From positions 228,098,001 to 228,162,000 of the forward strand of contig OZ024741.1 of assembly GCA_964016885.1 (NCBI GenBank): DNA of 64,000 nt, written 5' to 3'. Positions 49,889 to 63,550 of the stretch are shown here, piece after piece. Every line of letters starts with the position of its first letter. The first letter of the stretch is position 1. The notes below the pieces were generated by a model. That model was not told the DNA's origin, ran no database searches, and saw only the letters and a program-made list of their open reading frames with translations. This DNA is from Eledone cirrhosa. Its lineage: Eukaryota. The position numbers and the translations under genes are program-made.

Positions 49889-52800
49889 TTAGTTAAGCAA
49901 AACAAGACGACAAATTTCACAAAGAAGACAACATTAAAAGATTGTCAACATTTTTTAGTTTTATGTAAGGAATGTAGAGAATAATAATAATAATATTAAT
50001 AATAATTGTTTCTACTTTTTAGCACAAGGCCACCAATTACCCAGTACATTACTGGTACTTTATTTTATCGACCCCGTAAGGATGAAAGGCAAAGTTAACC
50101 TCGGCAGGATTTGAACTCGGATCAGAAAGGGGCGTAACTCTCTTGCTACAAAGTATGTGTCCGTCCCTCTACCGATACTGCCAAACCACCGCCCTATAAT
50201 AATATTAATAATAATAATGTCCGTTTACAATTGTTTCGCTACTCCATATAATATTTCTGGATCAAATGACTATATATCATTATTGATCTGGTTCAGTTGA
50301 AAATAATTAACATATTTAAAAACAGAGCGGCTCATCGGAAGTTCAAAGGAATATAAATTAAGATAAGGAGAGAATGTTACACAATGTAATGTTCCATATA
50401 TTGGTATTTCACTATGGTGTCCTGGGTGTATCAATTGTCAGTCATAATGAAACACTATTCATCTGTCGAGGCTGCATTGTGTGAGATATGCCTATGGGTA
50501 ACAAGATGGCCGCCAATGGACATATTTACCTTACTAATTAGAGGGTGGTTTCAGGGGAAGTAACTCCTCGAGAGATTAGAAATTGTGGGTACTTTATAGT
50601 TAAGTGCTAATTTTTAAACTTTTTTAATTGAGAGACAATGTAGGGGAGGTAACTTATAATTATCTAAGTTAGTTATAGCTATTTAACTTATTAGCTACAA
50701 GTAAAAATGGAGCTAGATGACTATGTTGGGTCAAATATTCTGTTGGTGAAGCAATTATCCCTTCGATGTTGACAGCTAATAGTTACCTCCGTTCTATCGT
50801 TAATCGGTAGAGGTCGTGATAGAGTTATGTAATATGCTTCGGTAATACAGAGATCACAAGATTTTCTTCGTCCATTGAACGGTTGGGCCCTAGCTAAAAT
50901 AATCCATGTTAGTGAGTGTTCAATGTTGGTTAATTTAAGGTCCACGCAATCTATGAGGTTCATCCAATTTGACATCGACAGCTATTACGCTTCGATAACC
51001 CCGGAGCTGCTCAACAAAGCATTAACCCTAGCCAGCACCAACTCGGACATAACCAATAATGAGATTGACATCATATTTATGGCTAGGCAGACCATCATTG
51101 AATTCAACGGAGCACTCTGGACTAGAAAAGACAGAACAGACAACTTTGACATCACGATGGGCTCAAGTGACTCTGCGCAAATCACCGATTTAGTTGGAAT
51201 TTACCTATTACATAACATCAGAGCTGAAATCCAACCCTTGCAAGGCGGAATATACAGGGACGGCGCCCTATTTGCAGTCCACAATTGCATTAATCGGGGC
51301 ATTGATTTGCTAAAAAACAATTACATAGATTCTTTTAAAATAACGGTCTCTCCATCACCATCGAGCCGAACCATAAAGTAGTAAACTTCCTAGACGTCAC
51401 CCTGCATCTCAACAATAACCTATATTACCCTTACCATAAACCAGGTGAAATACTCACATATATTAGCCCACACTCTAACCACCCACCGGCAGTCATCAGA
51501 GCAGTAATCAAATCTATCTCGTATAGGACCTCCATGCTATCAGCAAACGAGGAGATATTTATAAGCCATGCACAATATTATAATAAGGCTCTTTCTGAAT
51601 CTGGTTATGAACAATCCATTTACTACATACCTAAATGCCATAACACAGCAATTCACCATAATAAACTTAACACTAAAACTAGAAATACCTTAGCATATAG
51701 CCAGATTCGCCGGAATTTTAGCAGTTACAGCACCTATACAGGGAACTTTAATGGTGGCAACGGCCTGCTCCCCACTCCAAGTAACAAACGAAAAATCAAC
51801 CCTAAAATAGGAATGAGAAATGGGATGACAAATAACAAATCCCCAGGTAATAATAACCCTAGGAGGCCCCTACCAACTCCACTAGAACCCCTAGAAGGAA
51901 TAGGCTTAGAAATATCACCTGGCTTAACCCCCCAATCTCATCTAATCTAGCCACTAATATCCCTAAACGCTTCTTCTCTATCCTATCTAAACATGCCCAC
52001 CCCCACCCCGCCCCCAACCATAGATATTGCAAACTCTTTAATAAAAATAACATAGTCTATAGGTGCACGGTTAAAACTGCTTCGAATACCAGCTCCTATA
52101 TCGTGTCTACCTCTAACCCTTTTATGGTACGCTATAACGCGTAGTCTTTTTCCTTCCGAGACCCTAACAACAGATGTTCGACATCTCTAGCTAGGCTCGT
52201 TAAAAACCTTAAATTAACCAACATTGAACACTCACTAACATGGGTTATTTTAACTAGGGCCCAACCGTTCAATGGACGAAGAAAATCTTGTGATCTCTGT
52301 ATTACCGAAGCATATTACATAACTCTATCACGACCTCTACCAATTAACGATAGAACGGAGGTAACTATTATCTGTCAACATCGAAGGGCTAATTCTTTCG
52401 CCAACAGAATATTTGACCCAACATAGTCATCTAGCCCCATTTTTACTTGTAGCTAATAAGTTAAATAGCTATAACTAACTTAGATAATTATAAGTTACCT
52501 CCCCTACATTGTCTCTCAATTAAAAAATTAAAAAATTAGCAGTTAACTCTAAAGTACCCACAATTTCTAATCTCTCGAGAAGTTACTTCCCCTGAAGTTA
52601 CTTCCCCTGAAACCACCCTCTAATTAGTAAGGTAAATATGTCCATTGGCGGCCATCTTGTTACCCATAGGCATATCTCACACAATGGGCCTAGCACTATG
52701 AAGACCTCGACAGATGAATACTGCTTCATTATGACTGACAGTTGATACACACAGGACACCATAGTGAAATACCAATATATGGAACATTACATTATGTAAC

Positions 52801-53085
52801 ATTCTCTCCTTATCTTAATTTATATTCCTTTCAATTTCCGATGAGCCGCTCTGTTTTTAAATATGTTAATTATTTTCAACTGAACCAGATCAATAATGAT
52901 ATATAGTCATTTGATCCAGAAATATTATATAAAGTAGTGAAACAATTGTAAACGGACATTATTATTATTAATATTATTATTATTATTCTCTACATTCCTT
53001 ATATCAAACTAAAATATGTGGACAATCTTTTAATAATGTCTTTTTTGTGAAATTTGTGGTCTTGGTTTGCTTAACTAATGAATAT
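49884..53085 (+). mobile_element. Penelope-like element PLE-2 (Hydra-clade-like): inverted 3' copy 49884-50941 plus 5'-truncated direct copy 50942-53085
   Basis: FIQFDIDSYY, FDITMGSSDSAQITDLVG, GIYRDG, FLDVTL; GIY-YIG IVYRCTV..SYI and W.IL.RAQPF..CDLCITEAYYI..INDRTE..CQH; HHR candidates 52835-52953(+) and 50223-50341(-). Confidence 0.9.
50005..50196 (-). mobile_element. SINE copy 6, inserted in the PLE-2 inverted arm
   Basis: Absent from the other arm (52960-52990); flanked by a duplicated TAATAATATTAATAATAAT. Confidence 0.9.
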
Positions 53086-53248
53086 TTCCAGCTCTGCGCG
53101 CCTAAACTCTGCATGAACCCAGCCACCAAGCTGCTTTCTACTGCATATTGCACATTGAGCACATGCCTTTACGCTTTGGCTTCTAACTAATTCACCAATC
53201 TCTCCTCTCTTATCTCCATGTCTCTCTTTAAGATTGGTTACTCTTGAA

Positions 53249-53308
<60 letters not shown>

Positions 53309-53346
53309 ATACATATACACATACATATATACATACATATATATAT

Positions 53347-53955
53347 GTGGTGGCTGCCAACTCGTTTTCGAGTACGGCCACTACTTTATATTCATGTAGG
53401 AGAACTCCTAACGATGCGCTGAACGAATGTGACTTTAGTCCAGCCAGCGACTTGAAAACTCTGGTACAAACACTACACCTGTGACAATTATTGACACATA
53501 GTGCTAGGCCCATGGTACCATGGGACGTCAAGTGCAGGGAGATCTCCAGATATAAAGCAATGCCTGTGCCGTGAAGCTTTTATAGTGAGAAAAGGCACTG
53601 CACAAAGCCAGTCCCACTCTCTTAACCAAGATGATATTTACCAAAAAGAAGAACAATTCAACATCATTGGATACCATCAGGGTTGCAGGTGTTATATCAG
53701 AGTTTTCCTTCTCCTAGAATTCTGCCTTGACAAAGGCTAAGGGGGTCATCTCTCCCAGTGATTTTGGATGGCCATTGACTCTAAAGAGCTCCTTTGCCCT
53801 TTGACAGGTTTTGTTTTTAGTCCTGCAGGATGTCCAAAGTCACCCTCCTCACCAAGAAACCTTGGTGGGGTTGCCAGTTTAGTCGCCAACGACCCGACCA
53901 TGAGACAGGTTGTACTGGGATACATGTTACCAGTAGCACCAACTGGTGACCTGAC
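53347..53955 (-). mobile_element. RTE-like LINE deletion derivative (5' UTR plus C-terminal C2H2 remnant)
   Basis: CHRCSVCTRVFKSLAGLKSH at 53435-53495; 5' UTR motif GGGTCGTTGGCGACTAAACTGGCAACCCC. Confidence 0.55.
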
Positions 53956-54115
53956 ATATATATATATATATATATACACACATACACATATACGCATACA
54001 TATACACATATACACATATATATACACATATACATACATATACATATCTATACATATACACACATATACATATATATATATACATATATACACACATATA
54101 TATATACACATATAC

Positions 54116-54146
<31 letters not shown>

Positions 54147-54177
54147 TATATACACACATACACATACAAATAAATAC

Positions 54178-54208
<31 letters not shown>

Positions 54209-54325
54209 CATACATACACATATATATACACATATACATAAGTATATATATATATATATATATACATACACATATATATACATATACATATACACATATA
54301 CACATATATATACATATATATATAA

Positions 54326-54366
<41 letters not shown>

Positions 54367-54497
54367 CACATATATATATATGTAAATAAATACACACACA
54401 CACATTCACACATATACACATACATACACACATACATACACATACATATACATATATGCACATATACACATATACATATATATACATATATACATAC

Positions 54498-54573
<76 letters not shown>

Positions 54574-54576
<3 letters not shown>

Positions 54577-55988
54577 TTAAAAAATGAAATAAAAATTCAA
54601 GTCATTAGAGATATACTTCACTGCTTTACGATCGTTTCTAGGTTATGATAATACATTGTAGCTATACTCCGTTATTGATCTATGTAAGGTTAGTTACAAA
54701 ATATCAGATAAAGAGAATATTTACTTACATGCATATCACCAGCTGTTTTCAAAAGTAATAATAATTTTATTCAGAATTAGTAGTATGTTAGTATCATGTC
54801 CTTATGTGGAGGTAGTTGAAGAACTAACCAATCAAATTTTAAACTCGCCAGAAATAGATCGGATTTATCTACTGAGGAAATAAAAATTATAACTTACGCT
54901 AGAAATACCTTACTAAACTTCCAAAAAGAATACTGGACAAGAAACACATATAACAACATATTCGATATTACGATGGGAACGATGGAATCTGCTCAAGTTA
55001 CTGACCTCGTTGGACTATTTCTCCTCTATAATATTCCTGACTCTTTTCCCCACCTCAAAGCTGGTCTTTATTGGGATGATTGTTTCTTGTTATCTAAAAA
55101 TCTTAGCAATTCCAATATAGAGAAAAACAAAAAACAAACTTAGAAAATTCCTCAAGGTCTATTACAGCATTAGCATCACTTTTGAAAACATTTCAAAAGT
55201 AGCTAATTTCCTTGACGTTACCTTAGACCTCTCTACGAACACTTATCAACCTAGTACTATATTGTGTTGGCTATGTTGTATATTATCGCATTACTGTAAT
55301 TCATTATCTTATTATAATTTTCATCTTTTAATATACTATCTTTTCTAGCCATAACCTTAATTTATATTCACCTAAAAACTCAATACAACACTAATCAGCA
55401 TTTATTTTTACATTCTTTTTAAACTTCACTATACCAGATACATTCAACATCAGTTTGACTATCCCTTTCCTCCTAATAGATTTGTATGCCAATTCTAAAA
55501 TTAACACCATTCAACCATTCCTTTCAAAGGGTCATGACCTCAACTAAAGTGTATTACTTTTCATCTTAACACCATATGAAAAAAACAATTTGATTGGTTA
55601 GTTCTTCAACTACCTCCACATAAGGACATGGTACTAACATACTACTAATTCTGAATAAAATTATTATTGCTTTTGGAAACAGCTGGCGATACGCATGTAA
55701 GTAAATATTCTCTTTATCTGATATTTTGTAACTAACCTTACATAGATCAATAAGGGAGTATAGCTACAATGTATTATCATCACCTGGAAACGATCGTAAA
55801 GCAGTGAAGTACATCTTTAATGACTTGATTTTTTATTTCATTGTTTTAACTTTTATCATGACTCTGTTTTCCTTTTAATGTTCTATTGTTTTCCGGGATT
55901 TATCTTAACCTACAATATTTTCAGCATATGGACTACATCGAGTTTTTCATGCAGAATAGACCCCACAACTTACTGTGGATACCTCTGT
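54574..55988 (+). mobile_element. Penelope-like element PLE-3 relic: inverted pLTR 54574-54838, RT fragment ~54860-55250, pLTR 55588-55988
   Basis: FDITMGTMESAQVTDLVGLFLL..GLYWDD..NFLDVTLDL; TA flanks. Confidence 0.82.
54622..54757 (-). ncRNA. Variant hammerhead ribozyme (UUGAAAA core, ~90-nt stem II insertion); second copy 55668-55803(+)
   Basis: Composite of both copies: T(A/G)CTT-TTGAAAA-CAGCTGGTGATA..TATCAT(C/A)ACCT(G/A)-GAAA-CGATCG-TA-AAGCA. Confidence 0.65.
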
Positions 55989-55991
55989 GTA

Positions 55992-56162
<171 letters not shown>

Positions 56163-56207
56163 CGAAGGAAATGTGGTAAGGAACCAGGTGGACCATAACG
56201 CACCAAA

Positions 56208-56266
<59 letters not shown>

Positions 56267-56449
56267 GGTATCCACAGTAAGTTGTGGGCTCTATTAGTCC
56301 AGAATTAGCCGTCGAAACGGCTTGAGCTCAGCCGTCGGGGTCTTACTGGTTCCTATTACCAACTCTACTACCCTAAGTATTGAGTACTTTGGTGCGTTAT
56401 GGTCCACCTGGTTCCTTACCACATTTCCTTCGTTATATATATATATATA

Positions 56450-59204
56450 TATTGTTATACTTTGGGAGGGTCATGTTGCCAATAAGAAACACACGCACCA
56501 GTTGCTTCACTTCAATTTAGGAATTTATGAATTTCCGGTTGGTTGGTTGGTTCCACAACCAGATGGTTGTTTATATATTGTCAAAGTTCTTTCGTCACAC
56601 ATTCTGTGACCTCTTCAGTGACTGGGGATTCTTTTCTTTGTTTTTGTGCCTCTCCTTTGTTCTGTCCTACGCCATTTTGTTTCTGTGTGTGTGTTGTGTG
56701 CTCAGTCTGCGCATGCGCCACATCCGGGTGTCTGTGTGTGTTTATATTCGTTTATTTATTTGTTTATTTACATGTTACAGGTTGGTTGTTTGTTCTATGT
56801 GCGTGTGTGTTTTCATTTTGTCCTTAATTGTAAGTTGTGATGTTGCTGTTCCACTCATGTTTTCTATTTAATTTTGGTTGTAATTCTTTTATGTTTATTG
56901 TCTCTGTGATTTGTCTAAACATTGCGTCTTTTCTGTGTGTAGATTCTATTTTTATTTCTATGTTCTCTAATTTACTCTTGTGTTCTATTTTAGCATGTTG
57001 GTAGAGTACAGATGATTCTTTACTATCTTGAAGGTCTCGCCAGTGTTCATTTATCCGTTCCCCTACACTACGAGCTGTCTCACCTATGTACACTATATTT
57101 TTGTCTCTACTTTGTCCTTCGGTACATCTTATGCTATATACTACATTTCTAGTTTTACAGTTAATATGGGGGCTTAATTTACAGGTTATACATTTCTTAT
57201 CTATACAGGGGGTCTTTGAAATGGGTATGTATTGCTAATAAGTGTTTTTACGGAGGTACCTGGTCTTTCTACTATCTTAATATTGAGTTTATGTTTATCT
57301 AGGGCCCTTCTAAATTTGTAAGCTAATTCACCTCTAGGGGTTGTATCGATGAACATTACACTCTGGTATTTATTGCTATCATACCATGAGTTTATTCTAT
57401 TAGCCTTATTCCTAGTTCTTTCTATTCTATTCCAAAATTTGCTCCTATACAAGGGGCAGGTCCTATTTGTGTCATTATTTACCATTTTTTCCCATTTGGT
57501 TCTGGCTCCTCTATACACTCTGATTTTATCTCGCTGATTGTAACCAGAGAACTGCATCCAGAGAACTACATCCAGGCAATGCAACCCCACATCACTAACA
57601 CAAGAGAAGTAACACCACAAGAGCATGGGGATAGAGAAAAAGCCCTCAATGCCCATATGGTGATGTGGACGAATATAATGCAGCCCAACAAAAGGACTGC
57701 CAACAACTTCCAGGTCTGGAACAATGACGTGCCGGCGTTTTATGGGCTTCGAAAAGACCATAAAACGGGCAGTGACCCTGTCACGGGACCACCAACACGG
57801 CCAGTCTGTGGAGCTAACATTGCTAGTAACTACAGACTGTCCTACTTCCTCTCCCTGATCATAAGCCCCATCATTGAAATGTCCCCAGATGTATGTGACA
57901 GCACGGAGGACCTCCTCAGCAGAATCGGCGAGAGTAACCGATCTAGGGACCTAACAAACTGCATAATAGGTAGTATGGATGTTGTGTCCCTGTATCCATC
58001 TATTGACGTGGATTTTGCTGTTGAGAAATGCGTAGAAATGATCAGTGAGACCAATGTTGAGTTCCGTGGGATTGATACCAGTGAGCTGGGACTCCTACTT
58101 AAACTTACCTATAGTAATAATTACCTACACACATATGACCTTAGCAACCTGTGCTCTACAAGACCAGCAAGAGGCAGACCACCTACCATTACCTCAATGG
58201 CCAAGAAAACCCACACAGATAGATGGAACGGTTGGACCAGAGCCATACGGACACCCGAAAACCACGATGAACTAAAGAAAATGTTTGCACATGCGGTGGG
58301 GGCCAGCATAAAATTAACCCTTAAGGAACATATGTTCAAATTTAATGGAAAAACATATGCCCAAGAGGAAGGAGCAGCCATTGGTGTTAGCATTGCAGGC
58401 GACATAGCTAACTTATTCATGGTATGGTGGGACAGTAGACTTAAACTTAAACTTAAAGAACAATTAGAAGACCCCTTAACCCTGATAATGTACTCCCGCT
58501 ACGTTCATGATATAAACATCGTAGTTTATACACCCCACTAGAGAACAGTCAGGAATTAGAGAAAAACACAATGGAAAGCATCCAGCAAATAGCTAACTCC
58601 ATCCACCAGAGTATTAGAGTTACTATAGACTACCCAATTAAACACCCCAACCATCGATTACCTGTACTAGACACAGAGCTCTGGTTAGATACCATTAATA
58701 ACAAAAAACAAATCCTCCATTCCCATTATGCCAAACCAATGACTTCCAAATATCTGATCCACCGAAACTCAGCTGTTTCGGACCATACCAAAATCAACAT
58801 ACTGATTGCGGATTTGGTACGGGTGATGAGAAACGTGTCCCGCATGTGCAATCCCGAAGAACTAGAGAGATACATACAACACTTCATCCACCGTATGCAG
58901 TTCTCTGGTTACAATCAGAGAGATAAAATCAGAGTGTATAGAGGAGCCAGAACCAAATGGGAAAAAATGGTAAATAATGACACAAATGGGAGCTGCCCCC
59001 TGTATAGGAGCAAATTTTGGAATAGAATAGAAAGAACTAGGAATAAGGCTAATAGAATAAACTCATGGTATGATAGCAATAAATACCAGAGTGTAATGTT
59101 CATCGATACAACCCCTAGAGGTGAATTAGCTTACAAATTTATAAGGGTCCTAGATAAACATAAACTCAATATTAAGATAGTAGAAAGACCAGGTACCTCC
59201 GTAA
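56450..59204 (+). mobile_element. Penelope-like element PLE-4 (a different clade, Neptune/Nematis-like): inverted 3' part 56450-57558 plus direct RT 57559-59204
   Basis: RT 57579-58541 (SMDVVSLYPSI, GAAIG, RYVHDI), thumb 58571-59204; minus-strand GIY-YIG 56824-57150 (VYIGETARS..R..EH..LNRKHEW); 57245-57558 is an inverted copy of 58895-59204. Confidence 0.88.
56580..56622 (-). ncRNA. Minimal hammerhead ribozyme (PLE-4 pLTR)
   Basis: Minus strand: GTCA-CTGAAGA-G GTCACA gaatg TGTGAC-GAAA-GAAC-TT-TGAC. Confidence 0.78.
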
Positions 59205-59211
59205 AAAAAAT

Positions 59212-59998
59212 ATATGATCAAGACTTATGTGTTTTTATTGTAAATAGGCACCAAGGCTATTGCCGATATACGTTTGTGAGTATAGATGTATTATTTTTTA
59301 GATCGATACAGGCAGACTGTATGTATTTGAATTAAGATATTTCATTCTAGCTAATTTATTGTCAATTTACAATAAAAACACATAAGTGTTGATCATATAT
59401 TTATTTATATTAACTTGTATTGTACTGCTCAGAAATGCTTCTTTCTTAGAGCTAAATAATTGTAATTGACCCCTGAGTGTAAACTCTAAATTATATTATA
59501 CAACTGCTCCCTCGGTCGAGCTGAATTCGTAATCCCATATAAACGGCTGTTATTTCTAGCGCCATGAGTATGAGCTAGAATGCTGGAAGTAATCGTGTGC
59601 AAAAGCACATGTATTTAGCATACGATAAACCAGACCATAGATATTTCTCCGAGGTGAAGTAACTTTAATTTTTCTGGGTGCCTATTGAGAATCACAGAAA
59701 ATTAATTATTTCACAATTAATTAATTATGTCAATATTATACCTTCCTTTGTGAAACAGGTTTACGTTTTGAGTTTCGGACTGATCTGCGGAAAAGGTTTG
59801 AATTTTGAAATTTAAACTTGTATAGGCACCAAGGATGCCTAGAGATATACGTTTGTGAGTATAGATGTATTATTTTTTAGATGGATACAGGCAGACTATA
59901 TGTATTTGAATTAAGATATTTCATTCTAGCTAATTTATTGTCAATTAACAATAAAAACACATAAGTGTTGATCATATATTTATTTATATTAACTTGTA
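59212..59998 (+). mobile_element. Non-coding element with pLTR architecture (short inversion plus ~176-bp direct repeats)
   Basis: 59212-59245 is inverted to 59364-59398; 59244-59419 = 59822-59998; ends in (TA)n. Confidence 0.65.
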
Positions 59999-60177
59999 TA
60001 TATATATATATATACATATACACATATATATATACATATACATATATATATACACATACATACACACACACATACATACATATACATGCATATACACACA
60101 TACATACATATATATACATACACATACATATATTATATACATACACATACATACATATACATATATATATATATATA

Positions 60178-61465
<1,288 letters not shown>

Positions 61466-61490
61466 CACATACAAATACACACATATATAT

Positions 61491-61537
<47 letters not shown>

Positions 61538-61558
61538 CACACGTGTATACATATATAT

Positions 61559-61613
<55 letters not shown>

Positions 61614-61716
61614 TACACATACATACACACACACTTACATATACATACATACACACATATATACATATATATATACACAGATATACACGCATATATATAT
61701 ATATATATATATGCAA

Positions 61717-62330
61717 AAGTTTTATTTAAGATTGTTGGGTTACAACGAGTAAATATTTTATAACTGATATAAAAGCACTCAACAGTTTCTGGAGTAGGTT
61801 TACGATATTAAACAAATGGAAACTATATTTATAAAACCATATTTATTTCGTTATATATATTTCTGGGATATCATATTAAAAATATGGTATGCCTTCCTCA
61901 GACAAAATACAATACATAAGCTGTTTTATAAATAATTAGTGACATACCTTGTAATAATGCAACTTCCATTTAAAAAGTTGATTTGGTAGTGAAACTGTTA
62001 TGACAGTTATATAGAAAGAAAAACGAAGATGGGAAGAAGAAGATGAAGAGATGTATGTAAATAAAAAAAAATAAAAATAAAAAGAAGATGAAGAGATGTA
62101 TGTAAAGAAAAACAACGGAGCGAGATAGAGAGACAAGGAGATATGATAGAGAGAAATACATTGAGGAGGTGAAAATAGTAGGCTGCCTTTGGACAGATGA
62201 TCATCGTATATGTGAGAGGTTAAGAGAAGGGATACAGTTAAACTAGTGTATAGGAGAAAAAGAAAGATGATATATTTAAAATATATTAAAAATATATTAA
62301 AAATATACTATGTCTCATCCATTTGAATTA
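61717..62330 (-). mobile_element. PLE pLTR related to PLE-1
   Basis: Shares ATGGAAACTATATTTATAAAACCATATTTATTT with PLE-1; contains an HHR; ends in (TA)n. Confidence 0.75.
61844..61909 (-). ncRNA. Type-I hammerhead ribozyme with compensatory stem I changes
   Basis: TATTTTGT-CTGAGGA-AGGCATACCATAT..ATATGATATCCCA-GAAA-TATATA-TA-ACGAAATA. Confidence 0.8.
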
Positions 62331-62337
62331 TCAATTT

Positions 62338-63104
62338 TTATGAATTAGGTATTATAATGTAAATATCAGTATTCATGAATGAGGGGATTAGGGGATTTTT
62401 TATATTCCGCAATTCAGTATTTAAGTAGGCCTGGAATGGTGTGGTGGCTCTACGGAATTTGATATCTTTGATCATCTTGAAGAGGTCTTCTTCAAATGGC
62501 TCAAGTATGCTGTTGGTGGGTGGTGCCTTATTCGTTTTGAAGCCGAACTTCTCATCATTGGTAGATGCTACATCAGGGTTGTCGAAGAAGAAGGCTCTCC
62601 ATCTAATTCGCTTGATGAACTCGTCGGTACGTCTGATGAGTGTTTTTAGGTATAGTTTCCTTGGAGGGATGGGGATGTTCTTCATGGAGACATCAAGGTC
62701 GAGTTTGGTCAGCATAGTTTCTTGATGGTGGTTATAAGGGGCACAGAGAGTGCTAAAGGTACGTTATTCCGGGTTGAATCGGAGGTAACCACAGTAAGTA
62801 AGGTACTCAATACATAGCAGAGTATAAAAAGTTTTAATATAGATGAGATTCTACAGGACAAGAACTTGTTTATAGAATTCTTTCTGCCTTTGTCACTTTA
62901 AATATAAATTATAGCCTTAAAGAATTAGCTTTTAATGAATTCCCTTTTCTTTCAACCAATGACCTCCACCCATTCCACACCCCACCCTCTCCTACCACCT
63001 GAAAAGATATAAATACCCCAACATTTATTCTGGACAGCCAGATTCCTGATGATTTCTAAAGAATGAAACAGTTCTAGTCCTGTAGAATCTCATCTATATT
63101 AAAA

Positions 63105-63108
<4 letters not shown>
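62338..63108 (-). mobile_element. 5' part of a PLE (family C): ORF N-terminus 62715-~62385, partial pLTR 62758-62866, inverted pLTR 62866-63108
   Basis: SMKNIPIP..FIKRIRWRAFFF..FGFKT..FEEDLFKMIKDIKFR is homologous to the PLE-1 N-terminus. Confidence 0.82.
63040..63090 (+). ncRNA. Type-I hammerhead ribozyme with full stem III
   Basis: AGATTC-CTGATGA-TTTCTAAAGAAT-GAAA-CAG ttctagtc CTG-TA-GAATCT. Confidence 0.82.
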
Positions 63109-63160
<52 letters not shown>

Positions 63161-63162
<2 letters not shown>

Positions 63163-63278
63163 AACGAGTAGGACCCCATGGGGTCCTACTCATTCCTATT
63201 ACCCACTCTACTACCCTAAGTATTGATTACTTTGGTGCGTTATGGTCCACCTGGTTCCTTACCACATTTCCTTCATTA
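63161..63278 (+). mobile_element. Family D mini-copy with a 17-bp foldback at the HHR cleavage position
   Basis: GGAACGAGTAGGACCCC-AT-GGGGTCCTACTCATTCC. Confidence 0.75.
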
Positions 63279-63284
63279 TCTATC

Positions 63285-63432
<148 letters not shown>

Positions 63433-63514
63433 AGGTAAACAGAAATAACAACACAATCGGTACAGTATATCGAAGGAATATATTGGGTTAACGCTTGAAA
63501 TAGCCGGAAGATGG

Positions 63515-63550
63515 TCTTGACGTTTCGGACGCTAGTCCTTCATCGGAAGA
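63515..63550 (-). ncRNA. Minimal hammerhead ribozyme with CCGAUGA core, in a pLTR remnant (63431-~63760)
   Basis: TCTT-CCGATGA-A GGAC tagc GTCC-GAAAC-GTC-AAGA. Confidence 0.72.

Noticed and set aside
7915-50196. A/B boxes suggesting tRNA genes
   Set aside because: They are SINE heads with no complete cloverleaf
50875-51381. 168-aa ORF with an apparently novel N-terminus
   Set aside because: Chimeric across the PLE-2 inversion junction at 50941
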